From positions 71,170-135,169 of the forward strand of contig CASDUQ010000045.1 in assembly GCA_949284035.1 (NCBI GenBank): a DNA stretch of 64,000 bases, read 5' to 3'. This document shows, piece after piece, positions 38,944-49,622 of the stretch. Positions within the stretch are counted from its first letter, which is position 1, and every line of letters begins with the position of its first letter. Origin of the DNA: an uncultured bacterium (GTDB lineage: Bacteria; Cyanobacteriota; Vampirovibrionia; Gastranaerophilales; Gastranaerophilaceae). The notes beneath the pieces were generated by a model. That model saw nothing but the letters and a program-made list of their open reading frames with translations. It had not been told where the DNA came from and made no database searches. Both the position numbers and the translations under genes were made by a program.

Positions 38944-40034
38944 TGAATATAGTAAAATTTGAAAACTTAAGACAAGAATCTAAAATAACATTTTTGAATG
39001 GCTTATTAAGTTTATATAAATTTAAATCTATTCTTTGGGAATTAAAATTTTTAAAATTGCCTATTCTAGCTTTTTATAAATATCATTATAGCAATAAAAA
39101 ATATAAATCTATTCTTTTATTTTCAAAACCTAAAATAAAAAAACGTATAGAAGATGAGTGCCTATTTCATATAGTAAATCAATCTCCACAAGAGTATGAC
39201 AATATTGTTTTTATCCGTTCTGGATTAGGGGAAACATATTTATTGAACATATATCTTAAACAGATTTTAGAATCTCTTAATATTGAACTCGAAAATACTT
39301 GTTTTATCGGTCTAAGGGATACTTTTAAAGAAATTTTTCACCAATACAATCCAAATGTAATTTATAAAAAAATTGATTTAAATTGGGATTATCTTTGTCT
39401 TTCATGCGATAAACAAAAATACCAATATAATGGGAAAAATATTTATTTTTATATTGAAAAAAATTATATATACAATCTAATGAATAATTACAAAAACAGT
39501 ACAAATAACACGCACTTTGTTTCTAATATATGTAACTTTTTCAATATTAATAAAAATTCTGCTCAAATAGCAAAATATGTCCCATCAATTTCTGAAAGAG
39601 ATAAAGCAATAACATATTTATATAAAAATAATATAAATATTAATAATTTTATTTTTATTTCTAAAAATGCTATATCAATCGAAAATTTTTCTGATGCTTT
39701 TTGGAATGATTTAGAACACTATTTGAAATTAAAAGGGTATGATATAGTTTACAATCAAAATGAATTCTCTATTACGGAAGCAAAGGTTATTGCAAGTTAT
39801 TCTAAAGCAATTATTGCATTACGTTCTGGTTTTCTAGAAACATTGTCAGAATTAGATAAAAAATTTTATATTCTGAATACAGCACTAACAATGAACAATA
39901 TTAATGCTGAGAGAATAAAAAAACTATACTCTTTAAAGTTTTATCCAAACGTAAAACAAGAAAATATTTTTGAATATGACAATGAAACTATGGATGAAAA
40001 TGAAATTTTATTAGATATATTGAAAGGTGTTTAA
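38943..40034 (+). CDS. GT9-like putative glycosyltransferase, paralog 4
   Basis: GLGETY, LRSGFLE. Confidence 0.6.
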   Translation: MNIVKFENLRQESKITFLNGLLSLYKFKSILWELKFLKLPILAFYKYHYSNKKYKSILLFSKPKIKKRIEDECLFHIVNQSPQEYDNIVFIRSGLGETYLLNIYLKQILESLNIELENTCFIGLRDTFKEIFHQYNPNVIYKKIDLNWDYLCLSCDKQKYQYNGKNIYFYIEKNYIYNLMNNYKNSTNNTHFVSNICNFFNINKNSAQIAKYVPSISERDKAITYLYKNNININNFIFISKNAISIENFSDAFWNDLEHYLKLKGYDIVYNQNEFSITEAKVIASYSKAIIALRSGFLETLSELDKKFYILNTALTMNNINAERIKKLYSLKFYPNVKQENIFEYDNETMDENEILLDILKGV

Positions 40035-41088
40035 TATGAAATTATTTGAAAAAATAAGCGACCAAGCTGCCCCCCCCCCGAACGAACAAGTTAAAATTTT
40101 CGGAATAAATTTTTATGAAAAATATTATAAAAATGGGAAAGAAGTAAGAAAATTTTTATATAACATTTTTAAAATAATAACATCACCCACTAGCAAATCT
40201 TTTTATATTGTAGGGATAAAAATTTTTTATAAAAAATATACAAATAAACAAGAACTTAACTTACTTTATGAAATTATAGGAAACATAAATTTTACTAGAG
40301 AAGAATTAAAAAAATATCTACATAATATAATTCAAGAAACTATAATTGATGAAACACGTATGGCGAATGCAGTAGCTTATTTGCATTCTAAAGTATTTCC
40401 ACAGTTTAAGAATTGTAATATAGGTAAGGATCTTGTGATTGTAGGAACAGGTCCGACTTTAAATAATTATAAATTCAATAAAAAGTTAATACATGTTGGC
40501 TTAAATCGGGCATTTCTGGCCGATAATATCAAGAAGCTTGATTATACATTTCTTATTCATTACAACAAAACATCTTCTACATATATAGAAGAATTGTCAA
40601 AGTATGATTGTATTAAGTTTTTTGGACAATATCATTTTAAAGATATATTGGATTGGAATATTCCTAATATATATGCAAATGCGAAGAATATATATAGATA
40701 TTTTATTGATAGAACATTATTACACCCAAATATTGAAGTTGAAGGTTTGTATGATCCTGGTTCAATAGCTTTTTCAGCTTTACATTTTTCTTTATATACA
40801 CATCCAAAAAGAATATTTTTGGTTGGTTGTGATTGCACTCAAAATGGTTATTATGATAACTCTGTTGAACAGGTCAAATGGTTGGGACTGGCTAATACTT
40901 TAAAAAGTTATCCTATATTAAAAAACTTCGCACAAATTTACTATCCAGATATAGAAATAATTTCAGTAAATCCAATTGGATTAAGAGGGATATTCAGAGA
41001 TGTATATACAAAAAGTTATGTTACTGATAATCCAGAATTATTTATAGGACTTGAAGATAAAATTGAGTATTTTGAAGACATAGTATAA
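40027..41088 (+). CDS. Maf/DUF115-like transferase with in-frame C10 tract (likely start ATG 40036)
   Basis: KDLVIVGTGPTL, VGLNRA, SIAFSALHFS..IFLVGCD; GCT GCC CCC CCC CCG. Confidence 0.7.
   Translation: MFNMKLFEKISDQAAPPPNEQVKIFGINFYEKYYKNGKEVRKFLYNIFKIITSPTSKSFYIVGIKIFYKKYTNKQELNLLYEIIGNINFTREELKKYLHNIIQETIIDETRMANAVAYLHSKVFPQFKNCNIGKDLVIVGTGPTLNNYKFNKKLIHVGLNRAFLADNIKKLDYTFLIHYNKTSSTYIEELSKYDCIKFFGQYHFKDILDWNIPNIYANAKNIYRYFIDRTLLHPNIEVEGLYDPGSIAFSALHFSLYTHPKRIFLVGCDCTQNGYYDNSVEQVKWLGLANTLKSYPILKNFAQIYYPDIEIISVNPIGLRGIFRDVYTKSYVTDNPELFIGLEDKIEYFEDIV
40070..40079 (+). repeat. C10 homopolymer (slippage tract)
   Basis: Ten consecutive C in a very AT-rich gene. Confidence 0.95.
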
Positions 41089-41103
41089 AAAGAAAGGTAA
41101 ATT

Positions 41104-41868
41104 ATGAGTAAAAAACACAAAATAATAGCTATAATACCAGCGAGGTATGCATCAAGTCGTTTCCCAGGTAAACCACTTGCTGATATTTGTGGGAAACCTA
41201 TGATTTGGTGGGTTTATGAACAAGTGAAAAAAGTAAAAGATTTTGATGGTATAGTAGTTGCGACTGATAGTGATATTATCATTGAAGAATGCAACAAATA
41301 TAATATAAAAACAATTAAGACTTCAACTAAACATCCTACACATATCAATAGATTAAAAGAAGTATCTGATAACATCTCATCAGATTTGTATGTTTGTATT
41401 TGTGGAGATGAACCTTTAATTGATCCAGAGACTATTAAGTCTGTTATTCCCACGAAAGAAGAAATTAACTCATCTTTTTATGTTGGAGCTTTAATGAGAG
41501 AATTTAGTGAACCAACAGAGGTAATTGACCCAGCAAATATTAAAATAACAACAAATGATAATAATTATTGTGTATCTCTATCAAGAAGCCCAATACCTTT
41601 CCCTTATAAAACAATTCAGTTTAAATATAAAAAAATTGTTGGCGTTGAATGTTACTCAAAAGCGACTTTAGACTTTTTTGCAACTACAGATGCAGGATGT
41701 ATTGAAAAAATCGAGGATATAACTCTTTTAAGATTTTTAGAAAATAGAATACCTATAAAATTTACTCTAGTTGAAACAAATGCTTTATCCGTCGACACAC
41801 AAAGAGACTTAGAAAAAGTTCGACAAATTATAGAACATAGAGAAAGAGGTAATTATGAGACAAATTAG
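41104..41868 (+). CDS. kdsB: KdsB-family ulosonate cytidylyltransferase
   Basis: IIPARYASSRFPGKPLADI.GKPMI, VATD, GDEP, VDTQRDL. Confidence 0.8.
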   Translation: MSKKHKIIAIIPARYASSRFPGKPLADICGKPMIWWVYEQVKKVKDFDGIVVATDSDIIIEECNKYNIKTIKTSTKHPTHINRLKEVSDNISSDLYVCICGDEPLIDPETIKSVIPTKEEINSSFYVGALMREFSEPTEVIDPANIKITTNDNNYCVSLSRSPIPFPYKTIQFKYKKIVGVECYSKATLDFFATTDAGCIEKIEDITLLRFLENRIPIKFTLVETNALSVDTQRDLEKVRQIIEHRERGNYETN

Positions 41869-43465
41869 CTTATTGGATTGTACATTACGAGATGGCGGCT
41901 TTTTAAACGACTGGAATTTTAGTAAAAATACAATACTTAGTATTTTTAGACGTCTTGTTAAAGCTAATATTGATATAATAGAAATAGGTTTTATTAATGA
42001 AAACTATTGCTTTGATGAAAATAGAACAATTAACCCGGATACAAAATCTTTTGATAAAATTTTTGGAAATGAGAAAAAAGGAAATTCATTGATTGTCGCA
42101 ATGATTGATTTAGGAACCTGTTCAATTGATAAAATTTCAGATAAGAAAGAGTCGTTTATAGACGGTATTCGCGTTATTTTTAAGAAAAAAGACATGCATT
42201 CTGCAATTAATTTTTGCAAACAATTACAAGATAAAGGATATAAAATTTCCGTGCAGCCTGTCTCAATTACGACTTATAGTGATAGGGATATGTTAGATTT
42301 GATTGATTTAGTAAATGAATTAAATCCCTATGCAATGTCATTAGTTGATACATATGGATTATTATACAAAGACAGATTGTTAAAATATTTCAGTTTACTT
42401 GATAATAATCTTAATTCTAATATTAGTATTGGTTACCACGCACATGATAATTTTAAATTGTCATTTGCCAATGCTAGCGAATTGCTTAGAATTCAGACAA
42501 GAAGAAAACTTATTATAGATTGTTCGTTATACGGAATGGGAAAATCTGCCGGAAACCTTAATACTGAACTTATTTCTGATTATTTAAATAAACAATACGG
42601 AAAAAACTATGATATATTAGAAATAATTAATGCTATTGAACTTGAAATATTAAGATTTTTAAAAGATTGCAAATGGGGGTATCAATTGCCGCTTTATGTT
42701 TCTGCAATTAATGAATGTCATCCAAATTATGTAAAATATTTAGGAACTAAAAATACAATATCTATGAAAGAAATTAGTGAAATAATAACTGAAATAGATA
42801 AGGATAAACGTTTATCTTTTAACAAGGAACATATAGAACAACTTTATTTAAAATATCAAAGTAAAAATCTAGATGATTCGAAAGAATATGAAAAACTTTC
42901 TAAAATATTCAAAGATAAAACTATATTACTTATAGGCCCCGGCAATTCAGTTAAAAAGGAACAGATAAAGATAAAAGAATATATTAATAAAAATAATGTT
43001 ATTACTTTTGGAGTAAATCATATTAATACTATTTTTGATATAAATTATTTATTTATAAGTAATGTAAAACGTTATGACCAATTTATTGATTTTTATTCTA
43101 AAAATCAAAATGGAGAGATTATAATCACCAACAATATCAAGTCTGGACAGGATAAATCTGATTACATTTTAAATTATTCCAGTTTAATTAATCCTAACAG
43201 TATTATCGGAGAAAATTCTTTATATTTGTTACTAAAAATATTAATTAAACTTAAAGTTAAAAAGGTTGTTCTTGCAGGCTTTGATGGTTTTTCAAAATTT
43301 GCACCGAATTATTATGACAATAATTTTCAGTTTTTTAATAAAATTGAAAATACAGATGAAATTTCAAAAGCAATTATTGAACAATTGTCTGATTTCCAAA
43401 AATATATAAAAATCGAATTTTTAACGAAATCCAAATATCAAAATAAGGAATTAATTAATGTATAA
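41855..43465 (+). CDS. HMGL-like (DRE-TIM) aldolase fused to a Maf/DUF115-like domain
   Basis: LDCTLRDGG, LVDTYG, YHAHDN, YGMGKSAGN; C-terminal ILLIGPGNSV..FGVN, LAGFDGF. Confidence 0.8.
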   Translation: MRQISLLDCTLRDGGFLNDWNFSKNTILSIFRRLVKANIDIIEIGFINENYCFDENRTINPDTKSFDKIFGNEKKGNSLIVAMIDLGTCSIDKISDKKESFIDGIRVIFKKKDMHSAINFCKQLQDKGYKISVQPVSITTYSDRDMLDLIDLVNELNPYAMSLVDTYGLLYKDRLLKYFSLLDNNLNSNISIGYHAHDNFKLSFANASELLRIQTRRKLIIDCSLYGMGKSAGNLNTELISDYLNKQYGKNYDILEIINAIELEILRFLKDCKWGYQLPLYVSAINECHPNYVKYLGTKNTISMKEISEIITEIDKDKRLSFNKEHIEQLYLKYQSKNLDDSKEYEKLSKIFKDKTILLIGPGNSVKKEQIKIKEYINKNNVITFGVNHINTIFDINYLFISNVKRYDQFIDFYSKNQNGEIIITNNIKSGQDKSDYILNYSSLINPNSIIGENSLYLLLKILIKLKVKKVVLAGFDGFSKFAPNYYDNNFQFFNKIENTDEISKAIIEQLSDFQKYIKIEFLTKSKYQNKELINV

Positions 43466-44117
43466 AGTAGTTATTTTTGACATAGATGGCACATTACTAG
43501 ATGCAACGGAAGGTATTTTATCATCAGTAAATAAGACAATAAATTATTTGAAGCTTAAAAAACTTTCAAAAAAGGAAATGCTTGATTTTGTTGGTCCTCC
43601 TATTCAAAATTCATATAAAGCAATTTATGAAAATAATGATATTAAAGCACAAGAATTTGCAAATATTTTTAGAAAAGAATACGCTGGAGGTGATGTATAT
43701 AAGGCAAATGCTTATGATGGAATAGAAGAATTACTGTCACTTCTTAAAAATAATGGGTATAAATTAGGTGTAGCAACATATAAACGTCAAGATTATGCAA
43801 ACGGATTAATAATTCATTTCGGTTTTGATAAATATATTGATTTAATTTGTGGTTCAGATAATGAAAATAAGCTTAAGAAATCTGATATTTTAAGAATTTG
43901 TATAAATGGACTAACAACCAATAAAAGCGAAGTTATTTTTATTGGAGATAGTTATCATGATGCAGAGGCCGCAAACAATTTAGGTATAGATTTTATTGGT
44001 GTAACGTACGGATTTGGTTTTAAAACAAAATATGAAATCCAAAAATATAACCCCGTACTTTGTGCAGATAACATAGAAGAAATTATTAAGTATTTTAAAT
44101 TTGTAAACGCTCTATAA
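43458..44117 (+). CDS. HAD-family phosphatase
   Basis: FDIDGTLLD, VATYK, IGDSYHD. Confidence 0.9.
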   Translation: MYKVVIFDIDGTLLDATEGILSSVNKTINYLKLKKLSKKEMLDFVGPPIQNSYKAIYENNDIKAQEFANIFRKEYAGGDVYKANAYDGIEELLSLLKNNGYKLGVATYKRQDYANGLIIHFGFDKYIDLICGSDNENKLKKSDILRICINGLTTNKSEVIFIGDSYHDAEAANNLGIDFIGVTYGFGFKTKYEIQKYNPVLCADNIEEIIKYFKFVNAL

Positions 44118-44330
44118 AAAATAAACCATGACTGTATATAAAATTGATTTAAAAGTATTTACGTTAAATCTACTTTTTATTATTACAACTTTATTTAGTA
44201 CTAATAAAATATATCATCCTCTTTAATACAATTTTACACCAAATTTCATATTTTAATAATTTAGGGAGTTGAATTTTTATCAAATGTGTATAAAAATTAT
44301 TATTATTTAGAATTTAATAAGGAGTAATTA

Positions 44331-45296
44331 ATGGAGAAAAAATGTTTAAATTGTCTTAATTTTAGAAAGGCCGTTATGATTGGATGCGGTTTTGTCGGAG
44401 CGGCTTCTGTATTCAGCCTAATGCAAAGCGGTTTATTTTCCGAAATTGCTATGCTTGATGCAGATAACGGTAGAGCTGAAGGAGAAGCACTTGATATTAG
44501 TCATGGAATTCCGTTTGCTAAACCAATGAAAATATACGCCGGAAATTATGATGATATAGAAGATGCATCTATTATAATTATAACTGCAGGTGCAAATCAA
44601 AAACCAGGAGAAACACGTCTTGATTTGGTGCACAAAAATGTTGAAATATTTAAATCAATTATGCCCGAAATTAAACAAAGAGATTTCAAAGGAATTTTAC
44701 TCATTGTTTCTAACCCCGTTGATATTTTAACAACTGTTGCAGTAAAGCTAAGCGGACTGCCTGAAAATAGAGTAATAGGTTCAGGAACCGTACTTGATAC
44801 TGCAAGATTAAAATATGCAATTGGAGAACATTTGAATGTCGACAGCAGAAGTGTCCATGCTTTTATAATAGGCGAACATGGAGATAGTGAAATTGCTGCA
44901 TACAGCAGCGCTAATATTTCCGGTATTCCTCTTAATAAATTCTGTGAAATGCGCGGACATTTTAATCATGAAGAAGCCACAGACGAAATAGCCGAAAAAG
45001 TAAAAAACAGTGCTTATGAAATAATTTCAAGAAAAAAAGCCACATATTTCGGGATTGCGATGTCTGTTAAAAGAATATGCGAAGCAATTGTTAGAGATGA
45101 AAAATCAATTCTTCCAATATCTTCTATGATGAATGGCGAATATGGAATTTCCGGAATTTCATTGAGTATGCCGGCAATTGTCGGCCGAAACGGAGTTGAA
45201 ACCAAAGTTCCGATACAACTTAACGAAGATGAAATTACAAGATTAAAAGAATCCGCACAAAATCTGCAAAGCGTCTTGGCAAATACAAACGTTTAG
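44331..45296 (+). CDS. ldh: L-lactate dehydrogenase
   Basis: IGCGFVG, TAGANQKPGETRLDL, VSNPVD, SGTVLDTAR, GEHGDS. Confidence 0.95.
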   Translation: MEKKCLNCLNFRKAVMIGCGFVGAASVFSLMQSGLFSEIAMLDADNGRAEGEALDISHGIPFAKPMKIYAGNYDDIEDASIIIITAGANQKPGETRLDLVHKNVEIFKSIMPEIKQRDFKGILLIVSNPVDILTTVAVKLSGLPENRVIGSGTVLDTARLKYAIGEHLNVDSRSVHAFIIGEHGDSEIAAYSSANISGIPLNKFCEMRGHFNHEEATDEIAEKVKNSAYEIISRKKATYFGIAMSVKRICEAIVRDEKSILPISSMMNGEYGISGISLSMPAIVGRNGVETKVPIQLNEDEITRLKESAQNLQSVLANTNV

Positions 45297-45298
45297 AG

Positions 45299-46399
45299 TT
45301 ATTTAGAATTTTTACGGAATAATAATTTAAATAATATTGGTATCAATGCAATTCCAGAAATAGGAATACCAATAAAGAACTGCTCAATTTTTTCTTTTAA
45401 CGCAACCTCATTATCGAATAATTTGTATAAATGTTTATAAAATCTTAGAATTCGTAGTGCCGTATCTTTATTTGAAAACAAAATATTTTCGCTTTTGGGA
45501 ACATAAGAATTATCACAATATTCTTTATAATCCAATTCAAAATTATAAAAATTATACAGGTATATATACTGTTCACCGGTAAACGGTTCATACTTACTGC
45601 TGGTGATTTTCAAATTCCTTATACCCGACTGTTTGTATTCCAGAAATATAAAATTGTTTGCAAGACATATTCTTGATTTTTCATTAATCTCTTCAGAGAT
45701 ATCAGAACAATCTTCCATTTTTATATCATCAAAATACTTTGAAAAACATGAATAACCTAAATATTGTTCCGGAGCAAAACGCCAGCTGAATTTTAAATAA
45801 ACAGATTTTTTATCTTTATTCTCAGGGTACTCAAAATAATTCGAAAAATATGGTTCTTCTACCAGTTCTGATGCAAGCAAATATTTTTTTACGTCATTAC
45901 TAAAACCGAAAAACCACCAATCAGAAATATGAAAAGCAATTTCTTGAGGTCTGCTATGTTTAACCTCAAAAATTTTTGAAAATAATGTAGATGCCAATAT
46001 ACGATGTTCAAATAATTTATATTTATCACATCTTTTTGGGAAACAATCAAACATTTTCAAAAAATCTGTATTATCGATTACAGAATCTGTACGTAACTTA
46101 AGTATATATTTACGTGAAGCCTTTTCAACTCCAGATTTTGTTGATACAAGCATTCTATTTAAATTACTATATAATTTTTTATTTTTAAAATTTTTCTGGA
46201 GAATTCCGCCAGGATCTTTATTCAAAATAAGAATATCATAGTTCAAACCTGAAACATCGGAGTTTTCCCATGTTGATAAAATAATCTCTGCTTCGGGCAA
46301 ATTTTTTCTTATACTATTGAGACATTGCATTGTCCTAATTCTATGCACAGGGCCTTGAACAACGACACTTATCTCTTTTGATTCTATTTTTTTCTGCAT
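45299..46399 (-). CDS. WavE-family LPS/capsule synthesis protein
   Basis: ISVVVQGP, IILSTW, DPG..N..R, KLRTD, FHISDWW.FG, APEQY. Confidence 0.8.
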   Translation of the reverse strand: MQKKIESKEISVVVQGPVHRIRTMQCLNSIRKNLPEAEIILSTWENSDVSGLNYDILILNKDPGGILQKNFKNKKLYSNLNRMLVSTKSGVEKASRKYILKLRTDSVIDNTDFLKMFDCFPKRCDKYKLFEHRILASTLFSKIFEVKHSRPQEIAFHISDWWFFGFSNDVKKYLLASELVEEPYFSNYFEYPENKDKKSVYLKFSWRFAPEQYLGYSCFSKYFDDIKMEDCSDISEEINEKSRICLANNFIFLEYKQSGIRNLKITSSKYEPFTGEQYIYLYNFYNFELDYKEYCDNSYVPKSENILFSNKDTALRILRFYKHLYKLFDNEVALKEKIEQFFIGIPISGIALIPILFKLLFRKNSK

Positions 46400-47457
46400 A
46401 TAACCTCCCCGGGCAATGAAAATAAAAACTTACAAAAATAGAGAAAAGTTGAAACCAATTCAACCAACTTTTTCTCCGGATTGCTTAATATCAATAAAAC
46501 AAAATGTTTTCTTAACTGTTCAAAATATTTAATTTTATATAAATTTTCCAAAAATTCTACATCTTTTATCTCATAAGAATTATCACAGTATTTTTTATAA
46601 TCCTTTTTTTGTTCGGCAAGAGAATAATACATAAACTGATTTCTTGCCTGCATTATTGTTCCGGAATACTGTTTCTTTAAAGTAAAAATTCCCCATTCCG
46701 TTGATGAAAAGACTCTAAAATTATTTATTATAAAATCTTCAGATATTGTAATATTTTCGGGATTTACATCCAAATAGTTTCCAAACTTCAAATTGTTAAA
46801 AACTTTTAGCGCATTAGAATATGTAAAGTATTGCTCCGGAGACATTCTCCACAATCTTGCGGGGAAAATATCAGTTCCAGCTTTATTATGAGACTCAAAA
46901 TATCTTGAAAATTCAGGTTCTTTAACTTCCGGAATATTAAACAGCTCCTCCAAGTCCCGACGTAAACCTAAATAACACCAATCAGAAATATGAAATAACA
47001 TACTTTGTTTTATACCTTTACAGGTGTTGAACTTTAAAGAAAAAATATCGTAGGCAAAAATTCTGTCTTTAAAAAGTGAAGAAGATTTATTCCTATGTTT
47101 AAAGCTATCAGATAATTTTAAAATATTATCATTTTTAAGAACAAGATCATTCCTCATTCTTAAAACATACTTTCTTTCGGCCTTTTTTATACCATTACGG
47201 CTTGAAATAAGTATTCTGTTTAAACTGTTTGTTTTTTGTTTTTCTGTCTCAAATACAACAGCACCAGGATCATCATTTAAGACAAGAATATCATATAAAC
47301 CATCGTAAGGAGAAACATCAGAATTTTTCCAGGTCGACAAAATAATCTGAGCTTCGGGTAAATACTTTCTAATACTCTTCAAGCAGGGAATAGTCTCACA
47401 AGGGGTAACAGCCCCCTGAATAACTACAGATAAGTCTTTGCTTGAAATTTGTTTCAA
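46384..47457 (-). CDS. WavE-family LPS/capsule synthesis protein
   Basis: LSVVIQG, IILSTW, DDPG, RMRND, FHISDW, SPEQY. Confidence 0.8.
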   Translation of the reverse strand: MKQISSKDLSVVIQGAVTPCETIPCLKSIRKYLPEAQIILSTWKNSDVSPYDGLYDILVLNDDPGAVVFETEKQKTNSLNRILISSRNGIKKAERKYVLRMRNDLVLKNDNILKLSDSFKHRNKSSSLFKDRIFAYDIFSLKFNTCKGIKQSMLFHISDWCYLGLRRDLEELFNIPEVKEPEFSRYFESHNKAGTDIFPARLWRMSPEQYFTYSNALKVFNNLKFGNYLDVNPENITISEDFIINNFRVFSSTEWGIFTLKKQYSGTIMQARNQFMYYSLAEQKKDYKKYCDNSYEIKDVEFLENLYKIKYFEQLRKHFVLLILSNPEKKLVELVSTFLYFCKFLFSLPGEVICRKK

Positions 47458-47581
47458 AATATTCCTCCAGCCTTATAATTTTATACCTTATATTTTATAA
47501 GCGAAAATAAATATTCTTTTACAATTATATATAAAAAGAACAATATAACAAATAGCAAAAAGTATAAAAATTAAATTTAAC

Positions 47582-47962
47582 TTATCTGTCCTTAGCCTGC
47601 CTTAAGACATCCTCTTTATTCATCTTGTCCCAGCTTTCAAATTTTATTACCCTGTCATCTATTGTTATATCTGCATTTGGTTTGCCAAAAAATATTTCAT
47701 CATACTGAATTCCATTATCATCAAGCCAATCAAGAGTAATTTTACCGATATTCTTCATCACCTTACCAACATTATGTCCCTGAGTCTGCATATTTCTTGC
47801 GGTATTTATGATAATAGTATGGCCGTCCGCTTTCAAGCTGTCTATAAATTCTTTAGCCCCGGGCATAGGCTTTACATCTGCATAACTTTCTCCGGATTTC
47901 TTAATTGTACATATCGTCCCATCCAAATCAATACATATTCTGAGCTTCTTTTCCGTTATCAT
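47582..47962 (-). CDS. EcbF/BcbF-like capsule HAD phosphatase
   Basis: CIDLDGTIC, INTARNM, FFGKP..IDDR. Confidence 0.85.
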   Translation of the reverse strand: MITEKKLRICIDLDGTICTIKKSGESYADVKPMPGAKEFIDSLKADGHTIIINTARNMQTQGHNVGKVMKNIGKITLDWLDDNGIQYDEIFFGKPNADITIDDRVIKFESWDKMNKEDVLRQAKDR

Positions 47963-49622
47963 ATCTTACATCCTCATCTTCGCTATCCAAAGTTTCATTC
48001 AGCAATTCTACCGCTCTTATATAAAACATTTTTTGTCTAATAAAATTATCCTTATGGAGAGGTATCATTGATAAGAACAACAAACCTTCTATAAATTTGA
48101 TTTCATTTATATTAAAACCGTTATCAACAGCCAATTTATCAAAAATTTTTTCTAAAACAGAATAGTCAGCACTTGTTAGAATTTTATATTTAAATTGATC
48201 AGAGCATTCCTCCAAACGGAACATTCCCTGAACAATAAAGTCATACAGACCTGCAACACTATGCCTTAACTTAGCAATATCATATCTTGGATCCCCATAA
48301 ATAGTAGGTTCGGCATTTAACCTGCCTCTTGGATCAATCAATTTAAAAATATAATTATTTGAATCAAACAATATATTGGAAAAACAATAGTCTCCATGAA
48401 CAACCGTAAAGTACTCACAACTGCTTAATTTTTCACAAACTGCTTTAATTTTAGATTTAAGAAGAGATATACCCTTATATTTCTTCCCGTTTATATACTC
48501 AAAGTCCTTACCCAGAAGTGTTTGCCAGTATGAATTCTGCAATCTTAAATCACTTAATCGTTCTGCAGTTTTTTCATAATAAAGCCATTTTAAAGCCCCG
48601 GTATCAGATTTTACCTTATAATTTTCAAAAATTTTATGCAAAGAAAACAATTTTTCTATTATACAACGCCAATCTTCAATATTGACCTCACCTGACAAAT
48701 AAAGTTCCTGTAATGATTGATACCCGTATAATTCCTGAGTTAGCTTCGCAAATCCATCATTTTTTTCATATTTTATAAGACGAGGAGTACAAATTTTCAA
48801 CTTATCAGGAATATTTTCATACCATAAAGCTTCATCCTCAAGTTTTTGTATTTTTGTACTTGTTTTAATCAAGAGACCCACTTCGGTATCTACAGAAATA
48901 GAATTAAAACATCTTGCATTAAACAACATATTTTTAGCTTTTATTAAACCTGAAGTATGCCCCAAATCATACCAATCGTCTATCAATCTGGTTTTTAATT
49001 TGTAACGTTCCTGATAAGCTTTAAGAGCAGTAGAAATCTCTTTTTTCAGCATTAATCTTGATTTTATGCAGCAATTTAAAAGATACTTAGTATCAGAAAA
49101 CGCATAATAACCTACAAGAGCTTCTTTATTAATTAAATCAAGATTTTTCTGTTTATCATAAAAATCTATAACATAATTATTAATATCTTTTTCAGCCAAG
49201 CACCAATTGTCTGAAGTTGTAATATCCTTTGAAGTAAAAAGAATATCTGTTTCAGAATCTATACTGTTCGGAATTAATGTGTCCCCAAGAATTACTCTTG
49301 TAGGTAAGCTTAAATCTGCTCTTTTTAGAGAATACTTTAATGAACTTAAAATATTTTTTCTGCTGCTGACCAAGACAAGTTCAATATCAAAACTTTCCTG
49401 AAGGATGTTTTTAATATAGCCGATAAGCTTATAATTATTACTGCATACGGCAATTATAAATTTATCCATCCCATATTTTTTTAAATTATTCAACTGCCAC
49501 CAGATTACGGGTTTTCCGCGCAACGGAAGCAGGGCAAGAGATGAGTAAAAGCCTACAGGCATATTTTCGTTTTTAGTTTCTCCTCCAAAAAGCAAAATAT
49601 TATTAAATTTTTGCACATTCAC
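47928..49622 (-). CDS. Nucleotidyltransferase-like + kinase fusion (BcbE/EcbE-like)
   Basis: LLPLRGKPVI, WYDLGH, VHGDYCFSN, LIDPRG, GDPRYDIAKL. Confidence 0.75.
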   Translation of the reverse strand: MNVQKFNNILLFGGETKNENMPVGFYSSLALLPLRGKPVIWWQLNNLKKYGMDKFIIAVCSNNYKLIGYIKNILQESFDIELVLVSSRKNILSSLKYSLKRADLSLPTRVILGDTLIPNSIDSETDILFTSKDITTSDNWCLAEKDINNYVIDFYDKQKNLDLINKEALVGYYAFSDTKYLLNCCIKSRLMLKKEISTALKAYQERYKLKTRLIDDWYDLGHTSGLIKAKNMLFNARCFNSISVDTEVGLLIKTSTKIQKLEDEALWYENIPDKLKICTPRLIKYEKNDGFAKLTQELYGYQSLQELYLSGEVNIEDWRCIIEKLFSLHKIFENYKVKSDTGALKWLYYEKTAERLSDLRLQNSYWQTLLGKDFEYINGKKYKGISLLKSKIKAVCEKLSSCEYFTVVHGDYCFSNILFDSNNYIFKLIDPRGRLNAEPTIYGDPRYDIAKLRHSVAGLYDFIVQGMFRLEECSDQFKYKILTSADYSVLEKIFDKLAVDNGFNINEIKFIEGLLFLSMIPLHKDNFIRQKMFYIRAVELLNETLDSEDEDVRYDNGKEAQNMY

